DNA of 64,000 nt, from the NCBI GenBank assembly GCA_047602405.1, contig JASGHJ010000001.1, positions 320,001 through 384,000 of the forward strand. Reading direction: 5' to 3'. Made by a program: the position numbers and the translations under genes. Under the pieces are notes generated by a model. It did not search any database. It was given only the letters and a program-made list of their open reading frames with translations, and was not told the origin of the DNA. Positions 60,088-64,000 of the stretch are shown here, one piece after another. How positions within the stretch are numbered: the stretch's first letter is position 1; each line of letters opens with the position of its first letter. Origin of the DNA: Anaeromyxobacteraceae bacterium (GTDB taxonomy: Bacteria; Myxococcota; Myxococcia; Myxococcales; Anaeromyxobacteraceae).

Positions 60088-60389
60088 GGGGCGGGCTTCC
60101 CGGCCGCCGCGGCCGCGAGCGGGAGCAAGGTCGCGTCGGCGCGCAGCACGACGAGGCGGGCGAGGTCGGCGAGCGTCCGGGTGCCGGCGGCGTCCTCCTC
60201 GGAGAGCACGATCCGGAAGCGGTCCTCGACCGCGACGACGAGCGAGAGGCGCTGCAGCGAGTCGAGCGCGGACGCGAGCGCCTCGCCGCGCTCGGCCGCG
60301 GCGAGCAGCGCGCCCTCGTCCTCGAAGGCGAGCGCCTCCTTGCCGATGCGGACGATCTCCAGGGCGACGGCGGTCTCGAGGGCGGTCAT
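60084..60389 (-). CDS. Acyl carrier protein
   Basis: [13 protein letters not shown]; start overlaps the PKS stop (TGATG). Confidence 0.85.
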   Translation of the reverse strand: MTALETAVALEIVRIGKEALAFEDEGALLAAAERGEALASALDSLQRLSLVVAVEDRFRIVLSEEDAAGTRTLADLARLVVLRADATLLPLAAAAAGKPAP

Positions 60390-61456
60390 CACCACCTCAG
60401 GAGGACGAGCTCGGACGCGAAGCCCGGGCCCATCGCGGCGAGGACGCCCCAGTCGCCGGGGCGGGCCTCGGCGGCGTCGAGCGTGTCGCGGAGCACGAAG
60501 AGCACCGAGGCGGAGGAGAGGTTGCCGATCTCGCGCAGCGAGTCCCACGAGCGGCGCAGCGCCTCCGGCGGCAGCGCGAGCGCGGCCTGGAAGGCCTCGA
60601 GCACCTTCGGGCCGCCGGTGTGGGCGATCCAGTGGCGCACGTCCCGGCGCGCGAGGCCGTGCTCCGCGAGGAACGCGTCCACGTCCCGGCCGATGTTCGC
60701 GGCGACGACCTCCGGCACCTTCGCCGAGAGCACCACGCGGAAGCCGGTGTCGACGACGTCCCAGCCCATGACCCGCTCGGTGTCCGGGTAGAAGACCGAG
60801 CGGGTCGCGACGATGCGGGGCAGCTCCGGACGGCGCCCCCGCGCCCCGCCCTCGAGCACCACCGCCGCCGCGCCGTCGCCGAAGAGGCCGCTCGCGATGA
60901 CGTTCGTCATGGAGGCGTCGTCGCGCTGGAGCGTGAGCGAGCAGAGCTCCACCGAGAGCAGCACCGCGACCTCGCCCGGGTAGGCCCGCAGCCAGTCGGC
61001 GGCGCGGGAGAGCCCGGCCGCGCCCGCCATGCAGCCGAGGCCGAAGATGGGCGTGCGGCGGACCGAGGGCGCGAGGCGCAGCCGGTTCACGAGCCGCGCG
61101 TCGAGCGAGGGTGTCGAGACGCCGGTGACGGTGACGAAGAAGAGGTGGCCGACGTCGGCGGGGGCGAGGCCGGCTCGCGCGAGCGCCTCGGTGACCGCCG
61201 CCTCGCCGAGATCGGTGCCGACGCGGATGAAGGCGTCGTTGCACTTCTTGAACGTGTCGGTCGCCGGGTACTCCTGGAGCGGCAGCGCGAGGTGCCGGCC
61301 CTTCACCTGCGTCGCGCGGAACACGTCGGCGAGCCGCTCGACGTTGAAGTGCCGCTCGCCCCAGTAGGCGCGGAAGGCGGCGACGAGCGTCTCCTGGTCG
61401 ACGAAGTTCGGCGGAAGGGCGCGGCCGACGGAGCGGATGCTGGGGTGCTGGTCCAG
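60389..61456 (-). CDS. Type III polyketide synthase (chalcone synthase-like); apparent CTG start
   Basis: Catalytic triad [33 protein letters not shown]. Confidence 0.92.
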   Translation of the reverse strand: MDQHPSIRSVGRALPPNFVDQETLVAAFRAYWGERHFNVERLADVFRATQVKGRHLALPLQEYPATDTFKKCNDAFIRVGTDLGEAAVTEALARAGLAPADVGHLFFVTVTGVSTPSLDARLVNRLRLAPSVRRTPIFGLGCMAGAAGLSRAADWLRAYPGEVAVLLSVELCSLTLQRDDASMTNVIASGLFGDGAAAVVLEGGARGRRPELPRIVATRSVFYPDTERVMGWDVVDTGFRVVLSAKVPEVVAANIGRDVDAFLAEHGLARRDVRHWIAHTGGPKVLEAFQAALALPPEALRRSWDSLREIGNLSSASVLFVLRDTLDAAEARPGDWGVLAAMGPGFASELVLLRW

Positions 61457-61565
61457 GGTGGGCTCCAGGCGCGAAGCAGGGTGTCCTTGAACCTTCCCAA
61501 CCGGGGGCCTGCGACGCAAGGTCCGGCGGGGGATGGCGGTGGATCCCGGCCATTTTCGGGCGGGT

Positions 61566-61581
61566 TGCACCTCGCTTGCCA
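61566..61581 (-). promoter_or_regulatory. Possible sigma54 promoter of the PKS operon, overlapping the clpB -35 (TTGCCA-N16-TACGTT on +)
   Basis: Minus strand TGGCAAGCGAGGTGCA with correct GG/GC spacing. Confidence 0.35.
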
Positions 61582-61609
61582 AGCCCCCTTCCGGTCTTAC
61601 GTTCCGCGC

Positions 61610-64000
61610 ATGCGACCGGAAAAGCTCACCGTGAAGGCCCAGGAGGCGCTCTCGGGTGCCCAGTCGGAGGCGCGGCGGCGCGACCACCAGGCGGTGGACG
61701 TGGAGCACCTCGTCCTCGCGCTCCTCGCGCAGCCCGAGGGCACCACCGGGCCCATCCTCGAGAAGATCGGCGCCCAGCCGTCGCTCGTGGCCTCGCGCCT
61801 CGAGGACGAGCTGCGCGGCGTGCCGAAGGTCCACGGCGCGGAGCCGTACCTCTCGAACCGCCTCGCGAAGCTGCTCGACCGCGCCGAGGACGAGGCGAAG
61901 AAGCTCAAGGACGAGTACGTCTCGACCGAGCACCTCCTCCTCGCCGCCGCCGCCGAGAAGGCCGGCGCGGGCGAGGCCCTGCGCGCCTCCGGCGCCACCG
62001 CCGACCGCGTCCGCGGCGCGCTGAAGGACGTCCGCGGCGGCGCGCGCGTCACCTCCCCGGAGGCGGAGAGCCAGTACCGCGCGCTCGAGAAGTACGCGAA
62101 GGACCTCACCGAGCTCGCGAAGGCCGGGAAGCTCGACCCGGTGGTGGGGCGTGACGACGAGATCCGGCGCGTGGTGCAGATCCTCTCCCGCCGCACGAAG
62201 AACAACCCGGTGCTCGTCGGCGACCCCGGCGTCGGCAAGACCGCCATCGTCGAGGGGCTCGCCCGCCGCATCGTCGACGGCGACGTGCCCGAGGGGCTCA
62301 AGGGGAAGCGCCTGCTCGCGCTCGACCTCGCCGCGATGGTGGCGGGCGCGAAGTACCGCGGGGAGTTCGAGGAGCGCCTGAAGGGCGTGCTCAAGGAGGT
62401 CGTCGCCTCCGAGGGGCAGATCATCCTCTTCATCGACGAGATGCACACCATCGTCGGCGCCGGCGCGGCCGAGGGCGCGATGGACGCGGGCAACATGCTG
62501 AAGCCCGCCCTCGCCCGCGGCGAGCTGCACGCCATCGGCGCGACCACCGTCGACGAGTACAGAAAGCACGTCGAGAAGGACCCCGCGCTCGAGCGCCGCT
62601 TCCAGCCGGTGTTCGTCGGCGAGCCGTCGCTCCCCGACACCATCTCGATCCTGCGCGGCCTCAAGGACCGCTACGAGCTCCACCACAAGGTGCGCATCCA
62701 GGACGCCGCGCTCGTGGACGCGGCGCGGCTCTCGCACCGCTACATCGCCGACCGGTTCCTCCCCGACAAGGCCATCGACCTCGTCGACGAGGCCGCCTCC
62801 CGCCTGCGCATCGAGATCGACTCGATGCCCACCGAGGTGGACGAGGTGCGCCGCCGCATCGCGCAGCTCGAGATCGAGCGCCAGGGCCTCAGGAAGGAGT
62901 CCGACGAGGCCTCCCGCGCCCGGCTCGCCGAGGCCGAGAAGGAGCTCGCCGCGCGGAACGAGGAGTTCACCCGGCTCGAGGCGCGCTGGAAGAGCGAGAA
63001 GGCCGCCATCCAGGAGCTCGCCGCCGCGAAGGCCGAGATCGACCAGCTCAAGCAGGAGGAGGCGCAGGCCGAGCGCGAGGCGAACTTCCAGAAGGCCGCC
63101 GAGATCAAGTTCGGCCGGATGCCCGACGTGCACAGGCGCGTCGCGGTCCTCCAGACGAAGCTCGCCGAGGTCCAGGCCGCCGGCGCCATGCTGAAGGAGG
63201 AGGTCACCCCGGAGGAGATCGCCGAGGTGGTCTCGAAGTGGACCGGCATCCCGGTCTCGCGCCTCATGGAGGGCGAGGTCGAGAAGCTCCTCTCGATGGA
63301 GGCGCGGCTCCAGGAGCGCGTCGTCGGCCAGGACGAGGCGGTGCAGGCCGTCTCGGCCGCGGTCCGCCGCGCCCGCTCGGGCCTGCAGGACCCGAACCGC
63401 CCCATCGGCTCGTTCATCTTCCTCGGCCCCACCGGCGTGGGGAAGACCGAGACCGCCCGCGCGCTCGCCGGGTTCCTGTTCGACGACGAGCAGGCGATGG
63501 TCCGCCTCGACATGTCCGAGTACATGGAGAAGCACGCCGTCTCCCGGCTCATCGGCGCGCCCCCCGGGTACGTCGGCTACGAGGAGGGCGGCCAGCTCAC
63601 CGAGGCGGTCCGCCGCCGGCCCTACGCGGTGATCCTCTTCGACGAGATCGAGAAGGCGCACCACGACGTCTTCAACGTGCTGCTCCAGAATCCTCGACGA
63701 CGGCCGGCTCACCGACGGCCAGGGCCGCACGGTCGACTTCCGGAACGCGGTCGTGATCATGACCTCCAACATCGGCTCCGCCGAGATCCAGCGCCTCGCC
63801 GGCCGCCCCGGCGCCGACGTCACCCAGATCCGCGAGGCCGCGCTCGAGCACCTCCGCGGCGAGTTCCGCCCGGAGTTCCTGAACCGCGTGGACGAGATCG
63901 TCGTGTTCCGCCCGCTCACCCGCGAGCACGTCGGCCGGATCGTCGAGATCCAGCTCGGCCGGCTGCGCAAGCTCCTCGAGGAGCGGCAGATCACGATCGA
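61610..64000 (+). CDS. clpB: ATP-dependent chaperone ClpB; frameshift at ~63690; truncated by window end
   Basis: Translated directly: [49 protein letters not shown], coiled-coil M domain, [21 protein letters not shown](I)LDDGRLTD. Confidence 0.95.
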   Translation, partial: MRPEKLTVKAQEALSGAQSEARRRDHQAVDVEHLVLALLAQPEGTTGPILEKIGAQPSLVASRLEDELRGVPKVHGAEPYLSNRLAKLLDRAEDEAKKLKDEYVSTEHLLLAAAAEKAGAGEALRASGATADRVRGALKDVRGGARVTSPEAESQYRALEKYAKDLTELAKAGKLDPVVGRDDEIRRVVQILSRRTKNNPVLVGDPGVGKTAIVEGLARRIVDGDVPEGLKGKRLLALDLAAMVAGAKYRGEFEERLKGVLKEVVASEGQIILFIDEMHTIVGAGAAEGAMDAGNMLKPALARGELHAIGATTVDEYRKHVEKDPALERRFQPVFVGEPSLPDTISILRGLKDRYELHHKVRIQDAALVDAARLSHRYIADRFLPDKAIDLVDEAASRLRIEIDSMPTEVDEVRRRIAQLEIERQGLRKESDEASRARLAEAEKELAARNEEFTRLEARWKSEKAAIQELAAAKAEIDQLKQEEAQAEREANFQKAAEIKFGRMPDVHRRVAVLQTKLAEVQAAGAMLKEEVTPEEIAEVVSKWTGIPVSRLMEGEVEKLLSMEARLQERVVGQDEAVQAVSAAVRRARSGLQDPNRPIGSFIFLGPTGVGKTETARALAGFLFDDEQAMVRLDMSEYMEKHAVSRLIGAPPGYVGYEEGGQLTEAVRRRPYAVILFDEIEKAHHDVFNVLLQNPRRRPAHRRPGPHGRLPERGRDHDLQHRLRRDPAPRRPPRRRRHPDPRGRARAPPRRVPPGVPEPRGRDRRVPPAHPRARRPDRRDPARPAAQAPRGAADHDR

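Noticed and set aside
61560..61600. CIRCE (HrcA) operator upstream of clpB
   Set aside because: TTGCAC..TGCCAA is only a loose palindrome; it does not fit TTAGCACTC-N9-GAGTGCTAA.
60389..63994. 1201-aa ORF as a large PKS fusion
   Set aside because: Its first ~845 aa are the antisense of clpB and the intergenic region; only 60389-61456 is the PKS.

Overview
Very GC-rich bacterial chromosomal window; gene content suggests Anaeromyxobacter-like Myxococcota (inference). 1-12.3 kb holds four tandem minus-strand OmcA/MtrC-family multiheme c-type cytochrome lipoproteins, the most unusual feature. All four carry exactly 13 Gly-X-Y collagen triplets right after the lipidated Cys and share a TTGACS-N17/18-(GT/CC)TCAT upstream motif. 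Three have a permuted 1+5+4 heme layout; the fourth carries three copies of a C-X5-C-T-C-X5-C micro-motif. Then come fadJ/fadI, hemerythrins, a ParB-like gene, an intact IS630 in a CTAG site, a split ABC transporter, a hybrid kinase, DUF5714, Rsm22, pirin, rnz, fpr, a MshEN-REC-TPR protein and gpsA. Further right: a 3023-aa repeat lipoprotein with a CsgG/FlgO-like partner, ArsR/SRPBCC, two lipoproteins, a PAP2 phosphatase, a DUF222-like HNH nuclease with a putative SOS box, GH31, a large NAD-GDH, a type III PKS-ACP-FAAL-oxidoreductase cluster and clpB (truncated by the window end). Four genes each have one single-base frameshift at a GATC site, most likely a methylation-linked sequencing artefact. 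No rRNA, tRNA or CRISPR array was recognised. All family calls are motif recognition by eye, with no database searches.
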